A stretch of DNA of 64,000 nucleotides from Chrysomallon squamiferum (GCA_012295275.1 CM022677.1:14074001-14138000); one strand, 5' to 3'. Positions 44,202 through 57,940 are shown, counted from the stretch's first letter. Notes: generated from the sequence alone by a model not told the origin. Translations and numbers: made by a program.

Positions 44202-44645
44202 TATAGTATTTGTTTATTTCTGTTTAATGTAACTGTTTCTTTTTTATAAATATATGCTTGAATTAATCATTCGATTTCCTTTCTTAATCTTTTCTTTTTC
44301 TCTTGTTTCAGTATTCTTTCTTAATTATTATTTTATTTATCATTTTAAGTAGTATTATTGCAATTAGTGTTGTTTTCATCGTTAGTGTCGTTACGTCAGT
44401 ATTACTGTCGTCATTATAAAGAAAGAAACAATTATCAACAAATAAACAGATAGAGAGATAGACACACACATACACAGACACACACACATAGACAAGAAAT
44501 AGTTTGGTATACGTGTTTGCCTTAGAGGATAGTTAAATATATATATGTTGACATCAGTGAGACGGTGTTTATGTATGTAGTTAAATAATAGAAAGGTAGA
44601 TACTTTGAAGAATATAGAGATAGATAGACATTTAGTAAATTAAAT

Positions 44646-45151
44646 CGTAAATTCTGTCCAGTGTTCTCAAATTACCTTCAGAAAACTACGCTCATAGAAA
44701 CTATGATATTTATTTCATTAATTCTCAAGGTATTAATATAAATTGCTGCGATTCCATTAAGGTAGCAGCTAGGTTTTAAAGTTATACTATTTTGTTCTTT
44801 AAAGTTTTGTAGAAGGCGTATGGATACGCATGTTGTTTTTTTGTGTTTTTTAATGATATAACTTACAAATTATAATATTAATATCAGCTAGTAGAATAAA
44901 ATGTAACTGTAAGTGAAATTATCAGTATTGTTTATGATGCAAAATAGAGGTAAAACATAGTAAAACATCACGTTATTTTCATTCAGTATCAATTTATGAT
45001 ATAAACGTCGCTGGTTTTGTATATAAAACGTGAATTACGTCGCGTTTTACAAAACAGAAAACTTCGCTTATCTCTGTGAATTTTTATTTTAATGTCGTTT
45101 GCAGAATCAAATTCTGTGATTCAAGTAAAGTATAACTTCTCTCGTGTTCAG

Positions 45152-45182
<31 letters not shown>

Positions 45183-47314
45183 GTAGAGAAGAAACTGTAA
45201 CTCAGTTTAAGAGAAAAATATTATCACAATAGAGTGGCTTCCCCTGTATATCTAGCCATTAAATTATTTATTTCTGAATTTACAAGTCGAGTGCTGAATG
45301 CCACTATAAAATTAACAGGTCAGATCCAGATTAAAGTGATATTCGATTAACAGCAGAACAGATTACACTAAAAAGCTCTTGATGATGCTGAAAACTGAGC
45401 TTTTACTTTATAAGAATCCATTCATTTTTGTTGATACGTCGATGATAAATGATGTCAACATGAGCGCAGTTTTCACAGCGACATTTACTGTTATCAAGAT
45501 CATTCTTGAAAAGCCGATGATATTCCTTTAGCTGACAGTTTATATATAAGGTAAACATAATAAAATATCGATGTAAGCAGTGTTTTGTTTTTACTAAGAT
45601 GGAACGTAATTTCCGCTCAGTCTCAATTTAGTCGTATAAGCTGCACAGCTGGTAGTAAATAAAAACGTAAATTCTGTCGAGCAGTCTCAAATTATCTTCA
45701 GAAAATTACCAAATTAAATATGATATTATACACAGAAATTAATGATTAACTGGTATAATATTGGTTACCGTATTTAAAAATATGATTTATTTGAAAGGCC
45801 CTCTGTATTTCTCAACCACAAAAATATATAAATAAATAAATAAATAAATAAATAAATGTATAGTTTTATAAAATTTGTTTTAGAGAGCGATGAAAAGATA
45901 TTATCAGTAGTAAACAATTAAAAAAAGAAGCATTAAGCTTATCCAGCAGCACAGTTTATAAAGCAAAATGTAGAATCCTGTATTTTTTATTTAACAGTGT
46001 CTGCGCCTCGGAAACTTGTTTTACATGGTAGAATGTAAAATTGATGACATAATCGAGATGCACAAAAATATAGATGGAACAATAATAATAATAACTAGTT
46101 TGGACTATTCATAGAGAGAAGCAGGCGGCAACAGAAAAATTGTTAAAACTGGTAGAATTTATGGATTGATAGAGAAACACACGAACAGATGTGGATATAT
46201 ATGTATTGGCTGTTAGAAAAAATGAAAATGGGTATATATATATATATATATGTATGTATAGTTGTGTGTGTATAGTGTATGTGTGTACTGAAGGAAATTA
46301 GAATTTTTGTATGTGTTATCTGAGGCATACGTATGTAGGAGAAATAGATGCAGACATAGATACAGAGAGAAAGACAGACAGGTGTGAATGTGAAAGGTTG
46401 AGTTGTTACGTACATGTTATCTGTGAGAAAGAGTTAATGTGTTTGTTGTCAAATAACTGCTGCATGTGAAAGACAGTGTCCTTGTTTATGTATAAATAAA
46501 ATACAAGTTCCAAGTGTTTTGTTTGTTGTTGTCTTTTCAAAAATGAACAGAAAAATGATATAAAAGTAGAGATAAAAACAGAATTATTAATTGGATTATT
46601 TTAATGATTTATTCTTATATTATTGACTTGATTTTGAATGTTGTAGATAGCTGAAATTAATCAGACTAAAAAAATAATTTTGCAGTAATTTTTATTTTAA
46701 AGAAATGAAAATGAAGTTATGTATGTCTATAATAATAATAATAATAATAGTAATAATAATAAAATTTAAAGAATTAAAAATTAATTTGCTTTATTATGGC
46801 ATCATTATGACAGCCTATGACAGTATCAAATAAAAGTAAAATGGGTTCATAGTACAAAATCTTAAAGGCATATGTCACTATAATTTAGTATTAGAATTCA
46901 TTGTTAAAAAAGTGGTGTTTAGTTTTGTCTTAAAATGTTATTGTAATTATATTTCCTATTTAACAAACTTCAGTTGGATTAGTAACATCATGCAGAGTGA
47001 TTTTGACTGCTCAAAATTTATATGAAAATTTCATTGTTTTTGTTCAAGGGACAAATCGAAAAAAACAGTTTTTAGCAAAATAGGAATTTTACAATAATTA
47101 ATTAAGTAGTAATAATAACTCAAATAAACAAACAAATAATGGAAATTGGGTCTTTATAAACTTTTGGAGTAAATATATGTTACTATTGAAATATTTTGTG
47201 ATAAATCATTTTAAAGAATTAGCAAAATTCATCTAAATGTAGCAAATCAAATTTAGCTTGACACTGCTAAGGGATATAACTTTAACGTGTTTGTAAATAT
47301 ACAAAAAGACTGAG

Positions 47315-47352
<38 letters not shown>

Positions 47353-48176
47353 TATATATATATATATATATATAAATAATGATTATGTCAGATTATCTTT
47401 TGCTAATTGATAACAAATACAGAAGACGCTGATCAATATATACATAATAAAAATAAAAACACACAAAGACTATTCTTTCTTTCCTTATTTTTGTTTTAAA
47501 TTATTTGAATGTGCCTTAACATTTTTAATGCTAAGAAATTGAAACAATTTCAGAAATATTTTCCATTTTCATTATTGCTTTTAGATAAGATGCAATGAGG
47601 TTGAATTTGCAAATGTCAGGATTTAAAACAGTTAAGAACAAATACTATTTTCTTTTTTGAAAAATATTTGTACTGCCACCCATTTATGTAACATAACCTG
47701 GTTATATTTTATTAACCAAAAACTCCAATCATTGCATTCCCCAAAGTAGATATACAGCAAAATAATAAGCAAGGACAAAATTAATCACGGTTACAGGATG
47801 TTATCTGTGAGAAAGAGTTAATGTGTTTGCGGTCAGAGAGAACTGTTGTATGTGAAAGACAATGTCCTTCTTTATGTATAAATAAATACAAGTTCTAAGT
47901 GTTTTGATTGTTTTTTTGTTTTTTTTAAATGAACAGAAAAATGATATACGATTAGATATAAAAATATAATTATTAAACTGGATTATTTTAATGATTTATT
48001 CTTATATTATTGTCTTGATTTTGAATTGTTCTTATTAACATTAAATGATATTTGAAAAAACCTGAAATTAATCAGGCTAAAAAATAATTTTAGCTCTATT
48101 AAAACCAGTATCATTTTTAAAAACATATTTGCAGTAATTTTTATTTTAAAGAAAATGAAACTGAAATGATGTAATG

Positions 48177-48248
<72 letters not shown>

Positions 48249-48523
48249 GTTTAAAATTTTACAAGTGTGGGATTTATTATTTGAATTATTATTATTACTT
48301 AAGTATTCTAAAATTCCTATTTCGCTTAAAATGTTTTAGTTTTACGATTTGCCCCTTGAATAAAAAGAAAAATTCTTTGTTTATAATAATAATAATAAAT
48401 CAAATAAACCAAAAAATAATGGAAACTGGTTGATTAGAAAATGAATTTAATATTGGAATAGTTTGCAATGTTATATCTATTAATGGTCTAAGGGAAACAA
48501 CTCTATTTAATGGGTTTGTAAAT

Positions 48524-48579
<56 letters not shown>

Positions 48580-51500
48580 TGTGCGTGTTTAGTGTTCATT
48601 CTAGTGCTTTGATTGTTTGTTTTCATAAAATCGAACAACATGTATATATAAAAAATAATGATTAAATCAGATTATCTTTTGTTGGTTGACAACAAATACC
48701 GAAGATGTTATCAATATATACATAATAAAAATAAAAACACACAAAGACTATTCTTTATTTGTTTATTTTTGTTTTGAATTATTTGAATGTGCCTTAACAT
48801 TTTTAATGTTAAGAAACTGAAACAACTTAAGCATTATTTTCTATTTTGATTATTGTTTTTAGATAAGATGCAATGGGTTTGATTTTGTAAATGTCAGGAT
48901 TTAAAACAGTTAAGAACATAATTTACCTTGGAACCATTTTGTATTGTCACCATTTTATAACTTCATTTTTTAAAGAGATAATTTTTTAAAGAGATAATTA
49001 TTTTTTTCTTTCTTTTGAATTATTTATTATTTTAATTTTTTTTGACAGATTTTTTAATTGAATTAAACAGAAAATACAGATTATAAACAAATTGGAAGAC
49101 ATTTCCAATTGCACATTATTGAAATAATTTTTTGAATTTTATGAAAATGTGAAAGGCAAATTATAAAATACTCAGAAAAATTCCAATTATGTACATTTTT
49201 TTTTTTCTTTTTTTTTTTTTGTATCATTTATAAATTATTTTCAGTTTTTTAAAGATTCCTTATTGAAATAATTCAATTATTCTTTCTAAAGTGGCAATGC
49301 AAATTATAAAAACTGGTAGAAATGTCTAAACAAAAATAACTGAATATTTAAGTTTTGTTATCTAGACAGGTTTTTAAGTAATTTCAACTTGAAGATCATC
49401 ATGTTTCTTCTAATTAAAAATAACAAAGTCATGGTTAATGCAAATAGAATTTTAATTTAGTTAATAGTTAATTTTATTAATAGTCATTGATTTTCCCATG
49501 ATTTAAATAATTTAAAGACATTTTTAAAAAAAGATTTCCTGAATTATAAAAAAAAAAAAAAAAAAAAAAAATTCTTATTACACCAACTACACAATCTTCA
49601 ATTATATTTATATTAGCCCCAGCAAACTCACCTGATTTAAATGAGATAAAGAAAAACCTGGTTGTCACATTAATTTTAGCTTATTTAGAAAAATGGCATT
49701 CCATAGCAATGATGCATATCCATTCCTCTTCCAGTGAGAAACATTAGAATAACCAAGCACATATCAGTGATAAAAACAGTGCAAGCTGCTGTGAAGTACA
49801 ATGTGTACACTGGATGTTCTGATCACATTGACAATGCAGTCTCTTGGAGATCACTGAGTTTTCAAAATTATTTCCCTTCAGATTTCTCTTTTTTTTCATG
49901 ACTGTCTCAATATTTATAAATTCAAATTAGATTGATTTTATTGTCTTACATTTCAGACAGATTTTCTCTTGAAAGTGTTGAGCTTTCTCTGGACAGGGAA
50001 GACTGTGATGTAATAGCATTCTGGTGCTCTAGTGAACCTTGTCTGAAAATGTGTCTTACGACATTTTCAACTGAAGTGCTGGCTAAGGCAGCTTGAATCT
50101 GTTGTCTAGGATCCTACAACAAAATATAATATTCATTAATGAACTAAACATAAAATATAGTGCAAGTAGAATTTTTTTTGTCAGCTCTAATTGCATTTCA
50201 CTGACTTGGCAACAAGAATTTTTATTTGCCATTTTAATAAAAATAATTTATTTTTTTTAACTTTTATATCAAAGGATTAAAATAGCAATACATCAATAAA
50301 AGAGATTATGAAAAATATTTTTTAATAAATTTGAATACTTCTGTAACTTGGTAAAATTTGATATTTACACTGTTTTTTAGACTTTTAGTCCAGTTTACGA
50401 TGACTGCCAGGAATATTAAGAAAATAAACATTTTAAACCTATATAGCATTACATTAGTCAGTAAGTAAAATGGTCTTCTAATACTGATTCTACTTGAAAT
50501 TCGAAGATACTAACATGATGAAAATACATTTGAGATTATTCTTACAATCTTTAATTAACCTTAACAATCATTATAGTTACATCATTAATAACAAATTATT
50601 TGATTATTTAAAACATTTAATTGTAATATTCTTTCCTGCCACTTTAATGTAATTTAATTTTTACCACTAATGAAATATATTTTGTCTTATGAATAAACCA
50701 CAATTATCCTTTGTATTCAGACAATAGTTACAATAATGATCATTAAGGTATATTTTAAAATGTATTTAAAACAAAGACAACATTACACATGCAATGTGAT
50801 AAAACAAAGATGAATTTGAATCACATAAGTAATGCTAAAGTAGAATTTTTCATTAGAAACACCATTAACAAAATTAATACAGATCTGTGTTTCTTTATGA
50901 ACTGATTTCAACATCATTCCTTAAGCCATGTAATTTTTGTGAGTTAGAAACGAAACTGTTTTGATTACTCCTAATACAAATATAAGCTAAAAAGAAATAA
51001 AACAATGCTAATGGAAGTATACTAAGTCACCTGCTGCTCAACTTCCAGGCTTTTGTCTTTGCCACTGTCACACTCAGCCATCACAGTCGTCTGTCAAGTT
51101 TTAATGTTTGTCTTCCTCTGGTTTTAGCATTTTCAAATTTTTCAAGTTTTTCCCCTGACATCTACAGTTGATATTGGAGACCTGGGGGAAGACTCTCAAA
51201 GTCAGATTTGTTGTAGGTCGGCTTCAATATCCAGGTCACCAACATTGATTCAAGCTGCCTCAGCCTGCACTTCAGTTGAAAATGCTGTAAGACCCATTTT
51301 CAGACAAGGTTCACTAAAGCGGCAGAACTTTCACACAACTGAGTCGATGCTGACATTGGACTAGAGACTGGATGACTGACTGTTCAGAGTCTAATTGTTG
51401 GGTGCGCTGCCTCATCTGAGTAAATAAATAAATAAATAAATAAATAAAATACTGTATAAAATATAAATAAAATACTGCTACTACTACATTTACTGCAACA

Positions 51501-52964
51501 CTACTAATCTACTTTTATTATCATCATTACTGTAACTAATATTTACTATTATTCCTTATTCAACTAGGACTACTGTTATTGAAATAATACTCCTATTACT
51601 AAAATTACTATCCATTAATACTAGTAGTACCACCACTACAACCAATTATATTTAATCACCATGAGTCTCATAAGGTACATTGTATTACAAAGCTACTAAA
51701 ACATCACCAAAGTCAATTCTGCAACATTACTATTAGTACTATTATTAATAATGCTACAAGTACTAATGCTGTAACATCTACATTACTACAACAACAGAAA
51801 TGACTAATACTACTACTATAACAATAACAACCTTTACAGATGCTCCTTTCTGCCATATTCTTTGATGACATTTCTGTCTTGTGGTAAATTAGCTCATCTT
51901 GCATATAGAGCAGTTTCTTTACCTTTTTAGTTATGTATGTGTCCATCTCCAATGTATTTTAGTATGTCTGTCATTAAAAGAACAGTGATAGGAACGTGTC
52001 TGGTAACAGGAAAGTTAAACATTTTAAAATACTCTGTTTTAAAATATAGAAATTTACAACAAACTAATTAGGTCTATACGAATGGAAGTGTATGTCACAT
52101 GTGTGTGTATGGGAGAGAGAGAGGGAGAGACATGTAACATGATATAAAATGTAGTGTATGTTACAAAATACTAATGTATGTGTACTTATTGATATATTAG
52201 TTACAAAATGCAACTTCTTACTTTAAATTAAATTAAACTTCATTAGGTTTAGAATAATAAGAAAACAAACTCAAATTCACCTGTTCCTTTTTTTTTTCTC
52301 TTTTCCAGTGGCAGCAGTACAAACTTTATCCTCAGTGCTGGACAGCACCTTCTACTGAAACAACTTCACTAAGCAAACATCAGCACATCAGTTAGAGCTG
52401 TATGTGTATTCTGAAAATAAAAATACAACTAAAATAATAAAAATAATAAAATGTTATAAATAAATAACTAATGTTTCTGTTATTATTAAAATTTAAATTC
52501 TACTGGTACCAGTTACTTGATTATTCAGACACAAAGGGGTGTGGGATATTTTAGATATACTTTGTATAATCATTGTAAGATAATGATGCTAATGGTAATA
52601 ATTTAAATAATTAACAAAACAACAGGAAACAAATGATTATTATTATGGTATTTTACAATCTGTAAAGAGTTGTTACTCTAAAATTTGTTTTACTTTCAAA
52701 GAAATAAAAATAAGATAAAATCTCACAACTTTGAATTGTGCAGTCTGCAGTGTCTGTATATCTGATTCATCCTTCTCCATAACGCAAATTCCCTTTCAAG
52801 ACAGCAACTGAACAATACTGCAATTACCTATAAAATATTTAACATCAATGGTAAACAAAGTTTTTAGAAATTCAAACATGAACAGGATTCTTTTTTTTTT
52901 TTAATGAATCAACATTTGTCTGATAAATGTAATTTTGTTTGCTTATTATCATTCATGCTATATG

Positions 52965-53013
<49 letters not shown>

Positions 53014-53041
53014 AACTAATAAAAAACATACCCTGCCACTG
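44646..53041. repeat. Segmental duplication copy 2 (~8.4 kb)
   Basis: As for copy 1; retains segments absent from copy 1 (~47231-47445 and ~50344-50530). Confidence 0.95.
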
Positions 53042-53716
53042 AAAACATTCTAACACAGGCCTGACACATTACTTGACACCAGACTGTTGATTCACATTAT
53101 CAATAGTCTCTTGTATCCCTTCTCTGGAAAATGAATTTTTGTGATGATGAAGTAGGAGACAGGGACCTGGGTGCATTGGTACCACTCTGAATCAGGTACA
53201 GGACTAGTCCGGTCATTCTAATTGTCAATGTGGCGAGACATCACTCTCATGAATGTTCCCAAGTCTCATATTGTTCTGCTGCAGCTACAGCCTCTGTTTT
53301 CTTCTCTCTCTTTTCTTTATCTTCTCATCCAGCTTCATTCTCAGAGCGGCAAGCTCAGACGTCACCTGCTGCTCAACTTTCTGGCTGTTGTCTTTGTCAC
53401 TGACATGCAGAGCCATCACAGTCATCTACCAAGTTGTTTTGTTTGGCAGCAGATGAAGTGTTTTTACCAGCATCAGATTGATTTTACAGAACTGCAGACT
53501 TCAGTGGTGCTCTGCTCTTTCCTTCTTGTTCCTGTCCATGCTGAATGTAAACCATTGATATATCATATTATAGTATTCCAGCAGCACTTGCACTCTACTC
53601 AGTGGTTCTGGTCAATGATTGTGTAGCTGGATGAGAAATTTATAAAATATTTCACTCAGATCTGATTTTTCATAAAACATTCTTTAAATTCATTTGGAAC
53701 ATTTTCTCCATATGAC
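49632..53716 (-). ncRNA. Spliced multi-exon pseudogene/lncRNA, predicted exons 53716-53032, 52827-52727, 52410-52281, 51967-51832, 51415-51031, 50113-49632
   Basis: Six GC-richer blocks, each bounded by a pyrimidine-AG acceptor and a GT donor (GTATGT, GTGAGA, GTGAAT, GTTGTT, GTGACT, GTGAGT). No continuous frame was found, with many in-frame stops. Exons 5 and 6 share an inverted 81-nt segment. No expression data. Confidence 0.5.
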
Positions 53717-54288
53717 CTGGAAAACATCAAAAATAAACAAATATTAGTAATGATATAAAAAATAAGATGAATAATAATAATAAAGATTACAAAAATCATA
53801 ATAATAATAAAAAGTAGCAGTAATAATAATAATAAGAAGGAATTACAACAAAACAAAAGAAAATGTAAATAAATACATTAAAATTTACATTAAGAAAAGA
53901 AGGAAAATAAATAACAGTTATCACTGAGGATAACAAATGATTTGTATGTGTGTGTGTTAAATATTATTGTAAGTCATAATTTTATTAATATTTTACAGTG
54001 TCTACATATGAAATAACCTGCCATATTTTTCTTAAATTTCTATTTATCTTTATTTATTTTTATTGTTAGCATAGAGCTATACAGGTATTTAGCTTAAATA
54101 ATGAAAGCAGCCATTATAACCTTTAACATGTTTAAAAAAATCATTTAAATATGTTTAATAATGTATAGAGCATGAATTTAACATGAATTTAAAAAAATAA
54201 AATAAATCATTAAAAAAAAACTGACAGAAAACAACCTGTGAAACAAAATTAGCATATTTTTTTTTTTAGTTTTATTAGTTTATTTCAA

Positions 54289-54342
<54 letters not shown>

Positions 54343-54474
54343 AATGAATAAATAAATAAATCCTTTGACAGTTGACACATAGTTGTCGTGTCGTGTTTAC
54401 TTTGATGCGTGCTACACAAGTCAATTTATTTTAAAACAAATTTAATTACTGTCCACTGAAAATTTGCCCCTGTT

Positions 54475-54490
54475 AGGCTGATTGGTAAAA
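54475..54490 (-). promoter_or_regulatory. CCAAT box (CCAATCAG) upstream of the multi-exon minus-strand locus
   Basis: ggctgattggt at 54476-54486; a YY1-like AAGATGGCTGCC lies at 54659; motif match only. Confidence 0.25.
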
Positions 54491-55299
54491 CAAAATTAAA
54501 GACTAAACATGATTTCTTCTTTATATGACGTTATGCTGTTCACATTAGTACAACCACTGGTGAATTTTATTATTAATCGAGTGTCGTTATCTGAAAAAGA
54601 AAAAAAAAAATTAAAATAAATAAATCAATAAATAAATAAATAAATATTATTCCAAAATAAGATGGCTGCCATCACCTGTATGACTTTTAAATTATAATGA
54701 AATAAAACGAAAAATATCCAAACATATTAACAACTATAATAATAAATAAAAAATACCTGTCTCCTTCACAAAATGAAATACATTAAGCAACTTTTTGTTT
54801 CATGATAATGCGATTATCCCAATTCTTAAGAAGATTCTTCGAACATCAAATAAGAAAGTAAATCCGCAGACCGAAATCATCCCGCATATTTCCGCATATA
54901 AGATACCAAATAAAAAAAAAAAAAAAAAAAAAAAAAATTAAATTAATGTTCAAAACAAATAAAATAAAATAATAGCAACCTTTATTAAAATATACGTACT
55001 AATTATAAATCGATGTGGTTCTTCTTTTATTTATTAATTATTTTTGATGTTTTATCTTATTATTAGCCAATCGTTCACTGTGAACTTCAAATAAACGGTG
55101 TTGTTATTTTTTTTTTTACCTACTTTTTCTTTCTTCTTATAATTTATATTAATGCACCAAATAAAACCACAAAGCTTACAACTCACACTAGAATAAGTTG
55201 CTTATTATTGTCCAGGAATTTACCAATACATCTGAAAACATCGGCTCTGAACAAAATAAAAAATATTATTTTCCCTTTCATTAAGTATGGCAATTCGTG

Positions 55300-56035
55300 T
55301 CCACATCCTACGTTAAAAAATATCATTACTCTTTCTATTAATGAGGCCGTCATTGCCGTCGTTCCAGTATTGTTCTTAACGTCTTGATGTACATCTCGTT
55401 ATTCTTTTTCGCTTTTTATTCGCTGTTCTCTTATTTTGTGGCCGTGCGCCTCCTGTATTTCTATTAATGTCGCCGTCGCTACCGTCGTAACGGCTTTGTT
55501 TTCATTTTTATTAACTATTATTGATACTTTTTTAGTGTTCAAATCTTACACTAAAATGTATTATTACCATTTCTATCAATATCACCATCGTCGCCGTCGT
55601 CACGGCGTTGTTTCTAGCTTTCGTGGAGGTCTCATTAGTCTTTAGCTTTTTTTATGAATCATTCCTCATACTTTCTGAGCGGGCGAATCACCTATTGAAA
55701 TATGTTATTGTGATTTCTATTAATGTCGCCGTCGTCGACAAAGTACGAACGCCGTTCCTAAAGTTATTGGTGCACTCCTCATCATTCCTCTTAGCTTTTT
55801 TATTCGCAGTTATTTATATTTTCTGACCTGGCCCGTCCTATATTAAAATATATTAATATTACATTTTTCTTCGTCATTACCGTCGTAACGGCGTTGTTTT
55901 CAACGTTCCACTTATCCTTTTGCCTTTTATTAAGTATTACAATTAGAGTTCACATCCGACATTAAAACAATATCTATTAATGAGGTCGTCATTACCGTCG
56001 TTCCAGTATTGTTCTTAGCGTCTTGATGTACATCT
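55300..56035 (-). repeat. Same satellite-like family, minus orientation
   Basis: The reverse-complement core attaatgtcgccgtcg..ccgtcgt recurs at ~55338, 55463, 55575, 55718, 55870 and 55976. Confidence 0.8.
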
Positions 56036-57559
56036 GATTATTGGATGGATGGGGAAATGGATCATTGAAAAGAAGTTGCTGAAAGGTAAGATTAATGTTC
56101 AGCAGACACAGAGACACACACAGATACTTGACTCAGCGTCATGAAAATAACACTTGCAGTTTTAACGCAGTCATCACTATCTGTATTAGACGTCATTAGT
56201 TTCTCAACAGAGGTGTAGCGGTAATATTAACACAATGTTTTAGAAATTACGCACTTTAATTTTGTACTGAAACAATATTTTAATCAGAAAGAAACGTAAG
56301 TACAGGAGGACAGTAACACCGCATAGCATAGTTACCCATACAGTATTACTGTACCGTAAAGTCATTTTCTATGCGTACAACATATGTATTAGAATTGACA
56401 GAAAGTGGAACAAATTTAAAGGCAAACAGACAGATAAATACAGTACGCACAGTTCAGGTAATAATAATACAATTCAGTAATAATATGCAATTAAAAACAT
56501 TATTAATACACGGTCACACAAAATATGCTCTGTACATACAGTGTATGCATTTATAATAAAATACGTACTGTATTGCAATAATAATTGAAAAAATTTGATA
56601 TTGTTTGTGCGGTTTACCGAGCATTTGTTTTTATGACGTTATGACGCTCGCCTGGTATACCAGCATACGATGCGATAGGGTTAAGAGCCTAACCCGCGAA
56701 TATGCGGGGCCGCGAATGGGGATACGAAACGTCTGTTTTAGTAAAAGTAATGTGATAATTTTACTGATTCTAAATCGTACACTAATAACATGTAATTTTA
56801 CTTTACGTCGAACTTAAATGTTATTTACACTATACAAAATATTTATAATCACAGATAATCTGTTAGTTGTATAATATTACTGACAATCATAAATGATAAT
56901 TTTACATGGCGTAATGAAAATAAGCGGCTTAATTACGTGTAAAAAGAAAAAGGTGAGAATCAGTTGCTGGTTGAGCGGTCATATTTACTGTTAAGTATGT
57001 TAAGAAATATTAATGCAGATTTTGTTAATATCGTACAGGTTACATTTAAACATCTGAGAGTTATTTCCCTGGAATCACGACAGTTTATAGTGATTAGCTG
57101 AGAACAAACAAGGTTAACATGTTGTTTTATTACGATAACTGAGACTGCGAATTTGTTTTCATTACATTCAAGGTGTACATCAGCGCAAGTTGTATAATGT
57201 AATATTCTTTATATTTCTTATTATACCTGAAGTTCTCGTATTACATTAAATATTAGTATAACCGCTCCACCAGTAATTATCAATATAACAAGCATTATAT
57301 TTGTCAATAATAGAACAATGACAACAATAATAACACCTTAATATCACGCCTTCTCGCTTCTTTATTATTATTTTTCATTTTTCTGACGCTATTCTTTTTG
57401 ACGCTATTCTCTTAGTTTCACTAGAACTGTTCTGAGAGTGGATATAAAAATTGCTCCTTATTTTTTATTGTAATAAAATCTTTTTAAAATTAATCTGAAA
57501 CAGATATATTTTTAATTCCACTATTTGATAAATAATCTCAGAATTTTAGGTTAATCATC

Positions 57560-57940
57560 TAATTTCATGTAGAGAGAGATGTAAATTATGTCGCGGAATC
57601 TCATGTTATTATGGTCATACAAATAAAATATCACATATTGTCGGTAACATCAATACAATAGAAACTACAATCTTCATCTAGCATATCACGCTTTTCGGTA
57701 TAGTCCTGTTTCTGTTAATAATAAAATAACTTAATATGAAAGACCATCATTTTTCAGTATACAATGTGAAGGACATTAAAAAATAAAATGTGTGTGTGTG
57801 TGAGTGTTTCTTAATGTACTGTCTTGTATAGCTAATAACATTACCGAAGAAATCCTATGTATCATTGAAAATGTGCACGGCATATTAAGAATTACATTTT
57901 AATAACGTGAATATAATTTTAATGTTAATATTTCGTCTAA
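57560..57940 (+). repeat. Dispersed repeat, direct copy of ~9354-9690
   Basis: Shared atgtaaattatgtcgcggaatc...cacgg.catattaagaatta.attttaataac. Confidence 0.85.

Larger units (their letters stand above)
42417..44633. repeat. Right arm of the inverted duplication
   Basis: See left arm. Confidence 0.95.

Noticed and set aside
53222-53626. Plus-strand 134-aa ORF
   Set aside because: Antisense shadow of the minus-strand exon; splice signals are all on the minus strand and no domain is recognisable.
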